Positions 48,110 through 61,300 of a DNA stretch of 64,000 nt are shown piece by piece. The stretch's first letter is position 1. Each line of letters begins with the position of its first letter. The notes below the pieces were generated by a model. It was not told where the DNA came from and did not search any database. It worked only from the letters and a program-made list of their open reading frames with translations. Source of the stretch: Negaprion brevirostris (Eukaryota); NCBI GenBank assembly GCA_030324005.1, contig JARDVH010000001.1:103665122-103729121 (forward strand). The letters run 5' to 3'. Both the position numbers and the translations under genes were made by a program.

Positions 48110-48730
48110 CAGCTTCTGAGAGAGAGAGAGAAAGAAAGTGATCTGGAAGCCTGCCAAGTGTCCAAATGGCATGGAGATTAAAGCGACCAGACCTCTTCAA
48201 ATTTTTCACAGAACACAGAGTAGAATGAAGACTTGATCAGACAGCTGCCTGAAATCACCATGCCAAGAGTGATGTTCAGGTTTCCCAGACCTAGAAGGGG
48301 CAATCTAGCCACAAGATCTCCATGCTGGGGGAAAGAGTGCCGTGGTCAATGCCTTGCCTCTCGCACAAGAATACCCAAACTCCAGGACCTTTGGGGGACC
48401 CTCCCTCTGCATCCTGGCAGCAGCAGGAAGGCATAGGGTCCTCCATGCCAGGTCCTCAATGATCATGACTAGCACCAAAGATCGCCCAGTGCAGATCCCA
48501 CCAGGGAGGAGAGCGAATGGTAGGAGGGCTTTTAATCAGGCTTCAAGCCTGCTAATTACATTCAAATTGGCAATTCTGCATAATCAATGGGCCAGGAACC
48601 TAATTGGGGCCAACAAGATGAATGGCAATGGGTTTGACGCCCATCGAAAATCCCATTTCTACCCCAACGTCCAATTCAGCATGCACATTGGGATTCCTGC
48701 CAACAGTGAAAATGCTGGTGAAACCTCCCC
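48110..48730. mobile_element. Harbinger-type non-autonomous remnant
   Basis: TGCCAAG/GGCA motifs and a subterminal-like end GGTGAAACCTCCCC; decayed. Confidence 0.45.
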
Positions 48731-49588
48731 ATCTGGATATGTCAGCATGGTTCCTTGCAGCTGCTTTGTTCTTGGCCCTGCTCTATATAGTATTAGAATT
48801 TGTAACAGTTAATGTGTGGGACAATGTAAACAGCACTTCCTATCATGATGATGTAAAAGAACACATAACTAGAACGGAATTGAAGAATGGTCATGGCTTT
48901 AGCAGTGTAATACCTAGTCATGGATAACTGTACATAGTTCAGTTGCATAAAATAAATGAATTGTTGTTTGAATATACCAACAGCTCGGTAATTATTCCTA
49001 AATTGGAGTAACCAACATGTAACATGGTAGCAATGGTGATAGACCCCAGAACTCTAGTAATTCAACTTTAGACTTGTAAAAGTAGCCCCAAAATTGCAGA
49101 ATTCTGTAAGCCACAGGTGAAGAACTTTAAAGCTGCTCCATGGACGAAGTGACGATAGGAAGAGTCAGAAAATCAACTTTCAAAGACATTCAGGGCTGCA
49201 TCACACCAAATGGTGGTCTGTGAAGAAACTCCCAATCCAATGATCATAGGCTTTGAGTTGGAGAATCAAGCAAAGATCATGGAACTGTGAGCAATTGTTA
49301 AAACGAGTAAGAATTGAGTTTAACAGCACACAGTGAGAGGCAGTACTGGGAAAAACATAATCCCTAGCATGGGTGGGTTACAGAAAACCTTGCAGTCTGG
49401 GTTAAGAATTGACACCATTACATATGGCAAACATGAGCCAGCGCCGAAGGAAAGGAAAATGGCTGCAAATACTTGATACTCCAGGGGAAGGGAGCAAAGA
49501 CATTATAAGCAATAAAGTTTTTAACGACTTAGCAGTATTGAAGAAACAAATACCAACTCCAGCTGAGAGATCCCCCAGGGAAAGACAA

Positions 49589-50706
49589 CTTGATTTTGAC
49601 TTGATTTATTATTGTCATATGTATTAACAGTAATAGTGAAAAGTATTGTTTCTTGCGCGCTGTACAGACAAAACATACCAATCATAGGGAAGGAAAAGAG
49701 ACAGAGCTATGACTGTAACACTACATTCTGCAAAGTTATAGAGAAAGATCAACTCAATGCAAAATAAGTCCATTCAAAAGTCTGACAGCAGCAGGAAAGA
49801 AGCTGTTTTTGAGTCGATTGGTATATAACCTCAGACTTCTGTATCTTTTTCCTGAAGGGAGAAGGTGGAAGAGAGAATGTTGAGAGTGTGTGGGATCCTT
49901 AATTATGCTGGCTGCTTTGCTAAGGCAGCGGGAAGTGTAGACAGAGTCAATGGATGGGAAGCTGGTTTGTGTGTTGGATTGGGCTACATTCACGACATTT
50001 TGTAGTTCCTTGCGGTCTTGGGCAGAGTAGGAGCCAAACCAAGCTGTGATACAACCAGAAAGAATGCTTTCTATGGTGCATCTGTAAAAGTTGGTGGGAG
50101 TGGTAGCTGACATGCCAAATTTCCTTAGTCTTCTGAAAAGGGAGAGGCATTGGGGGCTTTCTTAACTATATTGTCAACATAGGGGGACCAGGATAGGTTG
50201 TTCATGATCTGGACACCTAAAAACTTGAAGCTCTTGAATCTTTCTACTTCATCTCCAATGATGTAGACAGGGGCATGTTCTTCTTCACGCTTCCTGAAAT
50301 CAATGACAATCTCCTTCATTTTGTTGACATTGAGGGAAAGATTATTGTTACTGCACCAATTCACCAGATTCTCTATTCCATTCCTGTCCTCCATCTTGTC
50401 ATTGTTTGAGATCCGACCCACTACAGTGGTGTCATCAGCAAACTTGACATCGAATTGGAGGGGAATTTGGCCACACAGTCATAAATGTATAAGGAGTATA
50501 GTAGGGGGCTAAGAACACAGCCTTGTGAAGCATCGGTGTGAGGGTGATCGTGGAGGAGGTGTTGTTGCCTATCCTTACTGGCTGTGCTCTGTGAGTTAGG
50601 AAGTTCAGCATCCCATCGCAGAGGGAGGTGCTGAGGCCCAGGCCACGGAGTTTGGAGGTGTGTTTTGTGGGGATAATAGTGTTGAATGCTGAGCTGTAGT
50701 CAATAA
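49589..50706 (-). mobile_element. Rex1/Babar-type LINE, 5'-truncated RT pseudogene
   Basis: [13 protein letters not shown]; WCSNNNLSLNVNKMKEIVIDFRK; FKFLGV; NFYRCTIESILSGCITAWFG; LLPSGKRYRS..TNRLKNSFFP. Confidence 0.92.
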
Positions 50707-51424
50707 AATTCAAACAGGGAATTATGGAAAAGCTGGGAACAGATCTGGGAAACAACAATATTTTCAAGTGAATGTAAAGGATATTAGAGATGGAAAAGTA
50801 ATTTTTAAGACTACGGCAGTTAGCAGTGATTTTTAGGGTCCAACACAATTTTCTCACAAAGGGGAAAACAAAATGTGACATTTGTATGTGACAAACACAT
50901 TTCAGCAGACAAACTGAATTATAATTTCCTGAAATTTACAGGAGGTTAATCTCCCATATCCAGTTCATAAAGGCTATATGGAGGCTATTTTCTCCAGATT
51001 CAATTCAAAGGGACAATTGTGTCCCATCCAATTCCTCACCCTCTTAAGGTTTTATCAATCCTTCCTGTTTATCTTACTGTGCTTTAAGTGTTTCTAGCTG
51101 CTGCTCATCATGGGTGCAATTTCTGGGTCTCACAAGCATTCCCATCTACAGCATACAGCAGTCAAGATAGCTTCCTTTAGTAAAAAGGACTCTGCCAGGA
51201 GTGATACTGCAGCGGGGAGTGGACTGACCAGTGGTAATATTTGTAATTAAAGCTGATACTGAGATGGAATCATCAGACCATCCAATGTCATTGTCAATGC
51301 TGATAGTTGACACATAAGGAGAATAAACCAATGGTTGATTGTGAACATATGTAGAATTTATTTGTAAGTTCATGGAGGAAAGTAGAGTTTCATTTTTGAA
51401 AGATATTCCCAATGGTCTATATTA

Positions 51425-51905
51425 CAAAGAACCAGAAGGTCATAGATTCAAATTCTGTCCCTGGATTTGAACATCTTATCCAGGCTGGCATTGCAGTCCT
51501 GAGGGAGTGCTGCGTTGTCAGGAATGCAATCTTTTTGATGAGATGTTAAACTGTGGTTCTGTTGATAGTTTCAGATGAATGCATCAAATTCAATCACACT
51601 ATGTAAAGAAGAGCAGATAGTTCTCCCAGTGCCCTGACCAGCATTCCTCCCTCAACCAATGCCACTAAAGATCAGGGTGGGAACTTTCCAGCCATTCAGG
51701 CCTTGCTGCCAGTGAGAACAGAGGATTTGGTGTTCAAATGTCTATTCACTGCAGCTGGACCAGAGATTGCTCCTTGAGTGAATGGCTGGAAAATCCCACT
51801 CTAGATTTCTGTCCGTTTATCTAATTTTGCTGATCGTGAGACCTTGCTTTGTGCAAATTATCTGCTGCAGTTCTCTAAAAAAGAACAGTGACAACATTCA
51901 AAATA
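51425..51905 (+). mobile_element. SacSINE1-type DeuSINE interrupted by a MITE
   Basis: CTGAGGGAGTGCTGCGTTGTCAG, GATGAGATGTTAAAC, GAAGAGCAG..TTCTCCCAGTGCCCTGACCAGCATTCCTCCCTCAACCAA; body resumes after 51801. Confidence 0.85.
51675..51801. mobile_element. Harbinger-type MITE (127 bp)
   Basis: TIRs GGGTGGGAACTTTCCAGCCATTCA / TGAATGGCTGGAAAATCCCACTC; same length as the 5769 MITE. Confidence 0.85.
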
Positions 51906-54039
51906 CAGTGTTGCCCATTTAATTTGTTCTAGTTCATTTAGTTGGGAGATTCTCCTCTACAGCCGATTTTTAATAAGAATTCTGTAAGTTTTCTGCCCAA
52001 GTTACAGACGACGAGTGGGAAAACTCTTCAGAATCTCAATCCCTGTACATTTACTGTTCATGCTTAATTTCGAACACAAGTCTATTTTGGAACTCCATCA
52101 AAGTAATGGAAGAGATTAGTGAAATCTGGAGTTAAGTGGCATCTGATTTCCCTTCTAAACTTTCAAATCTCTTCGAATGTTTTGCCTTTGGACTTTTATG
52201 GAGGCCTCAAATTACCTTGCAAAGCTTATACTGATGTACTAAAATGTTGGTGTAAATCAGTTATGAATTGACTCCTTCTGAAGTGCTAAGCATTAAACCC
52301 ATGCTTGAGAAGGTCAGTGAGGCACAAGGTCAACCTTTAACTTCTACACCTGAAACATGAGGAAGAATTTCTCTCACGCACTACTCTGGACTTCACAATG
52401 GCTGTAGGGATGGGGAAGTATTGGGTAATGTGATTCATGAAGTTGAAACACTGAAACAGAAGGGAAGCTTAAAGTAATATCTCTATCTTTCTGCAATCAT
52501 AACTTTTCTTGAAGCTAGGCCAAATCAAGTGCTCAGTAATCTGATATCAGGATTCCCAGGGTATTATATTGAGGTACCATGTTGTCTGAAAGCCTCTATA
52601 GTCAGGATTTGTTTAATGCTACATTTTGAATGAAATTTCCAAAGGCACATTTGAAAGACTTTTGCAAGGCATTCCCTACTTTAAGATCTTTTCAGATATT
52701 TAATAGACAACTATTATTATTAACCTAAAGGAAAATGTGGAACGTACACTGAGCAAAAGATCCCCTACTTAAACTTTCCTTCACCTCAGCTTTTTTAAAA
52801 ACTCTTCTACTTTTTATCTACTCATTCCATCAAAATGCCATCCCCCACCTGCCAGGTTAATAATGATCAGCTGGTCCCTTATGTCTCAAACAGAGAGCTA
52901 CAGGAATGGCCCAAAATCCGATGCAGTTGCTTTGTGAAAGAACAGTGCTTTAAAATACCATATTTGCATATCTTTTGTTACAACCATGCTGAAACCCTGA
53001 GATCTCAGCTGTTTATTTGAAGGGGAAATTTTTAATGGCCTGAAATAGTTTTGAGCTTTGTTACAAACAATAATATAATTTCTGGAGACTTCAGAAACTG
53101 CATGCATTAGGGGTAGAAAAAAAATGATGTGCTGGGTGCTGAGGCTAGTAAAACATGGTTTATGGATTGAACTTAGACGATTTGTCAAAAAAAGTCAGTG
53201 CCTAACTTTAAAGTGAGCATGTGTATGTGGGCTTAATGTCGTAATGCTTATTCAAGTGTTGAAGAGAACTGGCAGATGTCAGAGTAAATGGGGTCTGTCA
53301 ATAGCTAAATTACTGCCTTTCACAGGGTGATTTTCATGGTCTGTCAGGTGGGATTTGTACGCATGTCACGCAGATTGCCTAACAAAAAGGGGGAAACAGC
53401 AAACCCAGCACAAAAACTTTGTAGTCACAGATGTTATTGCTTTGATTGCAGTTTGCTTAGTTTTTTTGAAAAAGTACTGTTGTAGCTTTATTTCAGATTT
53501 ATGTCGGCAGATTGGCTAAGCATTATTCACGAGGAATAGCACTGCTACAACGCGGACATCAGTAAAAGTAGTGCAAGTGCTGGAAGGAAAGAAACAGTGC
53601 AGATCTCCTCTGAACTCACACTCATCAAGTCTTTTTGTCTTTGCACTTCCAAAACTATTCAATTTCAGCTCTGTAATGTTCTTGTTTTTGGAACGTCAGT
53701 CTCTGTGAGGCTCTGGTACTCAGCTTCGATACTCATGGGTGTACACTAGCATCGATTCTTCGTACGTGCACTTCTTTACATTGGGAGCTCACGGAGGGAG
53801 TCCTGTACGTCAACAGTTGCATGCCTATGATGTGAAGTCACTTATAGACATTACTCATTGTAATTAATAATTTCAATGTGTAATGCCTATGAGTTGTATT
53901 AAATCTAGAAATTAATCATTACAATGTGCAATGTCCATAAGTTACATTGCATATGCAATCAGTATTACTCTGCTGGCCTGAAATAAACCAATTACACAAT
54001 TTTTTCCCTTCATAAAAGTTAGGCCTGATTCTTCTTGTT

Positions 54040-54400
54040 GACATCCATCCTCCTGCTAGAAACTGCATTTTCCCAACATTCAGCTCCCTTAATACTGTCC
54101 TGTCCCACAAATTACCTCTGCTCACTGAGCCACATTGACCCTTAACCCCAAATGCATTTGAAAATTTTTAACTTAACTTCAAAGCCATCCATCCAGCTCT
54201 CCATACCACTTTGCCTCTCCAGCCTTTGACCATGTGACTTTTCTATAACCCTCTCACTTCAGCTCATTATCGGTGGCAAAGTCTTTGACCACCTCAGCTT
54301 TAGTCCCTAGAACTCCCTTCCTAAACCCCTCTACTGCCACATTTCTCTCTCTACCTTCAAAAATCCGGTAAAATCTTATGCTTGATCAAGTCTTCTGGTT
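54040..54400 (+). mobile_element. L2 LINE 3' remnant
   Basis: CGGTGGCAAAGTCTTTGACC...CCCTAGAACTCCCTTCCTAAACCCCTC...CTCTACCTTCAAAA, resembling the L2 ORF2 end (GG.AF..WNSLP). Confidence 0.55.
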
Positions 54401-54499
54401 TCCAGAAGTTCGAAACAATCACATCATTTTACACATATTCAAAAACTGACGTCAAATGTATTGTCTATGTCTATGGGATGATACATTGTTATTTTGGTA

Positions 54500-55800
54500 C
54501 ATTGACTACAGTGCTGTACTGATGTGGCACCATTCATTCAGTGGCTCGTAGGTGCCTATCCAGTATACAGCTGATGTGGCTCTGAACTTACACTTCTCCA
54601 TGCCCATGCCATCTTCACGTATTTTCAGGAGAGATTCTTTCTGCATTGTTTTGAATATGATTATTCTGGATCTGGCTCACAGAATCCCATCTTCTAGTGA
54701 GGTGTCAAGTAGGACTTTCTTGCCGTGGTCACCCTGAAACGGGAAAATCCTGTCTGAGGTCAACGAATCTTTCCATGGTAACCCCTTTCCTGCTACAGTT
54801 CTCATGGTGGATGAAACAGGAAAACTCCCCCCGTCATCTCTGGTGGACTAGTCTGGCAGTATTGTTAGCTGTGTTTGCTGCATTTTATCAGACCATCCTG
54901 GAATCACTTGCTGAGAGAGCATCTATAACTTCNNNNNNNNNNNNNNNNNNNNNNNNNNNNNNNNNNNNNNNNNNNNNNNNNNNNNNNNNNNNNNNNNNNN
55001 NNNNNNNNNNNNNNNNNNNNNNNNNNNNNNNNGAGAGAGCATCTATACCTTCATCTTTTGTGCTCTCATCCCTAATGTGACTCAGTTTCAGTGGCTATTC
55101 GCTAAGTGCTGGATCTTAATACCTAGATCTTTTATTTCATGTTTTTCCTGTGTCAACAACTGAAATGGCACATCTGCCAGCACCTTCTTTCCCTTGCTCG
55201 TATTTCAGAGATTAAATCGTATCTCTGAAACCTTGAGAGTAATCTCTGCAGCCTTGCACAGAGTAATCTGTGGCTCTCACAGAATTTTCTTGCAGATCTG
55301 CTGCAGGGGACAATGATCACTTTGCATTATGAACTTTCTCCCATAGAGAGATACATGGAATTTCTCACATCCAGACACGACTGCCAGAAGCTCTCTTTCT
55401 ATGGTATTTCTGGTGTCAGATGAATTTTGGAGGCGAATGCTATTGGTTTTCCCTCTTGTGTCAGGTCTTTTTGTAGAAGCATCTACTTGCAGAATGACAG
55501 GATTCTCTCTCTCATAATATGAAATACTTGGCTCCTTGCTTAATACTTCCTTGAGTTTGTTAAAACTCCCCTCTTGTGACTCTGACAACTGACACTCAAC
55601 ATCTTAATTAATCAATTCTCATAAATGCTGTGTTCTGATATGTGCAGTATGAAATAATTCATGTACTGGATCACACAAAGGAAACTTCTCAACTCTTTAT
55701 TGAATCTTTGAACTTCTATCTCAGAAAAAGCTGGGACTTTTACAGGACTTAGCTTGACTCCATCATAAAGAATTGGCATTCTGACACCTTCACTTAGCAT
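54500..55800 (-). mobile_element. Gypsy pol remnant (RT end, RNase H, integrase zinc-binding region)
   Basis: ELRSFLCVIQYM; PVILQVDAS; IERELLAVVSGCEKFHVSLYGRKFIMQSDHCPL; KIREDGMGMEKCKFRATSAVYW. Confidence 0.88.
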
Positions 55801-57011
55801 GACATGATGAAAAGGAATATATTGAAAAGAAACTATCTTCTGTACAGTTAGAAGAGGCATCCAAGAGGGAGGATCAGAACCTCAGATCAAAACTTTAGTA
55901 GCACCTGCTTCAAATAGAAGAGCCTGAAAAAGGAAAGGACGATAATGCTGATTTCAGACAGCAAATTGATGACCTGGATGCAGCCTAACACTATATCAAT
56001 CAGAGACTGATTTATTGGTGATAAGAGAAAACTGCAGAATGCTGGAGTGGTAATAGAGGAAATCTGAAAAGCAGGAAGCTGAAAAGCTGATGGAAGACAG
56101 GCACATAGCGTGGTCAGAAGAGAAACATAGTCATGGTATGGAGCCTGGGAAGAAATTCTGCCACACTGGGGACCACCTGCAGCATGCTGCACTTGCTCAA
56201 AGGGGAAGTCTTGGCATATTGCTACCTTCACAATGCACTTGTCTGCATTTGGCTCTGAACTCATGGGTCTTGCACGTTATTCTCTCTGTCTGGTGTGCAT
56301 TCATTTTTTGCTGTTTCACTGTATCAATCCAGCTGTCTTTCTCTTGACTTAACTAAGACTAACTACTTGGGCAGTCAATGTCTTCATCTGTCTACTTGTG
56401 ACTTTATGCGCTCTAATATGTAATACAGTGATCATATATTCTTGTACTTTAGAGTGTGTAGAGTCCTAGATGAAATCACCTTCTATCCATTTCTTTGAAT
56501 TTACGTTTTCTGGCTACATTCCTTAATCGTGTTAAGAAATTGTCAACAGGCTCACTTGGCTCCTCGCTAGGCTCTGAATTTCATGCCGATTGATCCGATG
56601 GATTGACTTTGGCCAGAGGTGAGTGTGAACTTCTCAAAAATTTTGTCTGGGTTTTTACTGCCATCTTCACTCATTTGCCGGCTTTGAATATATCAAAACC
56701 TTTCTCTTACTCACAAAAAGATAATGTTGAACTTTTGTTTTCATTTGTACCTTTTAGAAAACGATTATATATTAATCTGCACTATTTTTTTAAAAAACTT
56801 TTCAAATGTGGATATGACACCAGCCTCTCGATTCATCCTGAGTTTTAAAAAATATTTTCACACTTTATGAATGTGCAAGTTTTAAAAGACATTTGGTGTT
56901 TAAAAATGTTGCTCAGTTGTGTGTTTATTGCTGTGGCAGTGACCATTTTATTTTTGCATAATTCACTCAGTTTTTTTCTCTCGTTATTTCAACTCATTTT
57001 TTTCTCAGTCT

Positions 57012-57292
57012 AATTCAGCATTAAAAATATCTGGCATTAAGGATCTACTGATGACCATGAAACCATTGTCAATTGTCAGAAAAACCCATCTGGTTCACTA
57101 ATGTCCTTTAAGAAGGGAAATCTATCATTCTTACTGGGCTTGGTCTACATGTGACTCCAGAGCCACTGCTGTGTGGTTGACTCTCAACTGCCCTCTGAAA
57201 TGGCCTAACAAACCAGTCAGTTCAAGGGCAACTAAGGATGGGCAATAAATGCTGGCCAGCCAGGAAAGCCCATGTCCCACGAATGAATAAAG
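57012..57292 (+). mobile_element. MetaSINE/SlmI-like SINE, 5'-truncated
   Basis: AAAACCCATCTGGTTCACTAATGTCCTTT core; tail CAAGGGCAACTAAGGATGGGCAATAAATGCTGGCC...GAATGAATAAA. Confidence 0.88.
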
Positions 57293-59264
57293 AATTTAAC
57301 TTGTTTATAATTTGTTGCTTTAACCCACAGACACTGCTGCCACCATGTTATGTCTAATGTTTTCCAGAGTTCAAAATTATATTATTTTACACAGAAATAG
57401 GTGCTCACATTGAGAGCATTTCTCAGATCTCATTACATGCCGTGGAATGATATTTTGTTGCTCTGGTACATTGAATGTGGTGCAGCAGTGAATGATGTGG
57501 CATTCTGGACATACATGTATGCATCCTCAGAACAATGTAGTTCCACCATGTAGTTCCATTACCATGCCCAGTGAAATCAAAGCATCTCAAAGGTTTCACC
57601 AAATTCAACTTTGTAAAATGGAAGGTGGAAATATTCCAATGAATCCCTATTCCTTACATGGTTCGGATTCTCAATGTAGGACTTAAATGATGAAACCTGT
57701 ATGTCCTCCAGCATTTGTAGTATAGGAATGATATATAAGTTTGCAGATTTAGTATAATTTTAATTCACTATTCCCTCCTTTCATATCCCACCCACCACTT
57801 CATGTTTGTCACATGATTCCATGTTTTTAACTTAATTGCTTAGTCCATGTATATGTTTTCAATGTATGTTATTACTCTGCAGTTCAGCCTTTAGGCTGTA
57901 AACATGTTTCTTGAACAAGATAACCATTATTAAATGCACCATCTTCTATCTTCCCTTGTACTGGGTGTACTGTTTATTTTATAGATCTTTGTCCTGCCTG
58001 TGTGAACTAACCCCGGTGTTTTCTACATTAAAGTTGCTATATTTGTGAAAATTAATTCCTGTCGATATGAGCAAAAGAATGTTTCAGATTTACATGCAAA
58101 TATAAAACTCACTGTGCGACATACTGATATGAAGTCACTGAACAGTACATAATTCTGAATATTCCTTGGGCTTTTTTTTAAGTGTTTAATATTATTACAG
58201 ACAAGCTGCAGCAACCCTCAGAATAATGACACCCGGGGCGGGGCGGGGGGGGGCGGCGGGAGAGGGGNNNNNNNNNNNNNNNNNNNNNNNNNNNNNNNNN
58301 NNNNNNNNNNNNNNNNNNNNNNNNNNNNNNNNNNNNNNNNNNNNNNNNNNNNNNNNNNNNNNNNNNNNNNNNNNNNNNNNNNNNNNNNNNNNNNNNNNNN
58401 NNNNNNNNNNNNNNNNNNNNNNNNNNNNNNNNNNNNNNNNNNNNNNNNNNNNNNNNNNNNNNNNNNNNNNNNNNNNNNNNNNNNNNNNNNNNNNNNNNNN
58501 NNNNNNNNNNNNNNNNNNNNNNNNNNNNNNNNNNNNNNNNNNNNNNNNNNNNNNNNNNNNNNNNNCATGAAATGAAACATTGGTCCCCCGACCCCTTGGA
58601 GATTTGAAATTCTGTGACAATTCTTCGTTGCGTATTGCTGCACGTTTCCTGAAGGTATGTTGCCCTTGTTGTTAAGGACTGGATGAAATGGGACAAGTGG
58701 GCTTTCTTTCTTTATTTTCTATCTATCTGCATTCGATCTGAAGGGTGAATTTGGTCAATAACTAAAATGTTCATATTGCTGTGTGCAGTGTGGGTGTATG
58801 GAAAGGAAAGCCGAGCAACACAAAGCAGGATGCACATTTCAGGCTTATCCAGAGCTTCTTGTCTGATGCTTGTGTTGTGGTGGGTCAGGCATGAGAGGAC
58901 ATTCTCCCGACAGTCTGGTCAGCAACAGTTGTATTTTCTAATGCGCACATCAGGAAAAAAGTCAACGTGTGCCCCCTCCCCCCAACCATCTATAATATTG
59001 GCATTTGTTCTGGAGTGACAGAATTAGGATTTTTAAATTTCCTTGTGTTTGTTTGCAGCAACATAATGAGTTCAGAACAAGTTGTGGGAAAATAGTAAAC
59101 GGCGTGTGCTTAAAAATAGCAATAACAAAATAATTAAAATCGATTCCAAAAGCACAACCAATGCCAAGTCTGTGCTCATTTTGGATTGTAGACGCCAGAA
59201 CGAAACACAAGCGTGGTTTCTGATATTCTGCATAATATTTATTGCTGTTATTTTGCATCGACTC

Positions 59265-59692
59265 TGTTGATTTGGTAGCACTTTTTGCCTTTAACTCACA
59301 AGGCTGTGGGTTCAAACCAGGATCCAAGCTAGTTCTCCATTGCAGTGTTTAAGGGAGGGTTACGTTGTCAGTGGTAGTGTGCTTTGAATGAGGCTGATAC
59401 CATGCCAGTTAGGTGAACTGTACAAGATCTATCGCACTGTTTTTGAATAAGAGCAAGAGGTTATCCTGGTTGACTGGCCAACATTTCTCACTTAACCATA
59501 ACCCACAAACAGATTAACTGCTTATTCATCTCATTGTATTTCTCAGTAAGCTGGTGTGTAAAATAGTTGCCAGATTAGGCTGCGTAACAGCAGCAACTGC
59601 AGTTCCGAAATAATTCATTGTATGGGAAGCATTCTGGAATACGTCCGAGATATGTGATGAGATGCTGAATAAAATGCAAACATTTCCTTCTC
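59265..59692 (+). mobile_element. SacSINE1-type DeuSINE, near full length, old
   Basis: TGGTAGCACT..GGCTGTGGGTTCAAACC head, Deu-like body homologous to 51425, L2-type tail AATAAAATGCAAACATTTCCTTC. Confidence 0.8.
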
Positions 59693-60659
59693 TTGTTGAA
59701 TGAACCAAATACAACACACGGTTGAGGGCAGTAATTTAAGAGTTAATAAACATTCAGTATTGAATACGATGTTAGAAAGAACTGTGGCAACAATTTCCCG
59801 CCACTTTATATAGCCACCCTCTAATCATTACCAGCGGGTGCAGCAAATCTCAGGAGATACAGTAAACTACGCATAGCGGAACAACAATATTTTTTATTAG
59901 TAATAACAACTTAATTTAAACTATAAACTTGAATACCTGACGTTCTATATGAAAGCCTGTGTATTTTGAAGACTAATTAAGCGAGATTGGAAGCATGCCA
60001 TGGATGACAACATATTCCAGAGGTTCTATTAATTGCATAGGTTTGTATCTGTAGTTTATTATACACCTTATTATGCATCCTTTTTTTCCTTTTTACCAAT
60101 ATTCTTGAGTTCAGTTATACTTAAATAACTTGTAATGGTCATATGGAAAAGTAGAATACAATAACATAATTTGGATATATATTATACTGTTAGAAATGCT
60201 TAACCCTCTGTATCTTTCCATATATAAACTCCCATTTATATATTTTAAATCAATATGAATATCATTTATATTTGTGTTGGTCTAAGCATCCCTGTGATTT
60301 ATTAGTGAAGTGCCCTGGGATCTTTTCTACGCTAGAGGCAATAATCAACACAAGCTATGTTTGTCGCTCATATTCTCCAAGACTAATTCAAATCATCTTT
60401 GATGTGTATGTTATAATAAGTACATCAGTGAATGCATGTTGAGGTGGATTTTTAAAAAATGCTGGTAGCAGATCTCAAAGCAAGTAGAAGACTCCAGTTT
60501 TCAGATCCACCCTGTATACAGGTTTCTGGCAACTGAGCGCAGGGTAAATTGGGAAGGACTGGGTTTAATCTCAAGAAAAAGTAATCTGTCACATAACGAG
60601 GTAAAACAAATTGAGCTCAGAGGCAAGTATTACATTGGAAAACACTCTGCAGTCCAACT

Positions 60660-61300
60660 GGTTGGACTAAAAAATACTTAAAGCATTTATCTAATCCTTC
60701 CTTTAATGATTCCATGTCAGTGGTTTTTACTGTCTCCCTGAGAAGTCCATGTTCACCATTTTTTGTGAGATGGTTAGATCTGAATTGTGCTTCCTTCCTC
60801 TGTTAAGTTTGAGCCTATGAGCCTGATGCTAGAGTTTGTGGCATTCCTGAATTTATAATCAGAATTCTATTGATCTAATCTATTAGTATCTCACCTGAGT
60901 TTTCCTTTCCCCATGGTACATAATCTCAGACTCCTTAGCCTTTCCTTAGCTCATATGCTTTAGGCTGATAATCAGTGAGGTTCACCATTGTGTTGCCTCC
61001 AATGTTTGAATATCCATGCTGTAATACAATGACTGGAGTTGCACACAGTATTCCAGCTGTGACCTGCCAATGTTTGGTACATACACAAATTTCACCTCTG
61101 GAATTGTCAATATATCTTTTTGGCCACACGTAATGGATACAGTTAGCTTTCTTACTAACACTGTATACAGCACTATCAATATCAATTAATTACATTTATA
61201 GGACTCCCCAGCACTTAATTCCTTGGGGTCTATAGGTTAAACCATTTAACTTATATTCCTGCTGTCTACTTCCAAACCTTATCCTCATTAACTAGCTTTC
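60660..61300 (-). mobile_element. Old CR1 RT C-terminal remnant
   Basis: GRSQLEYCVQLQSLYYSMDIQTLEATQ, matching RPHLEYCVQFWSP..KDI..LE.VQ. Confidence 0.8.
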
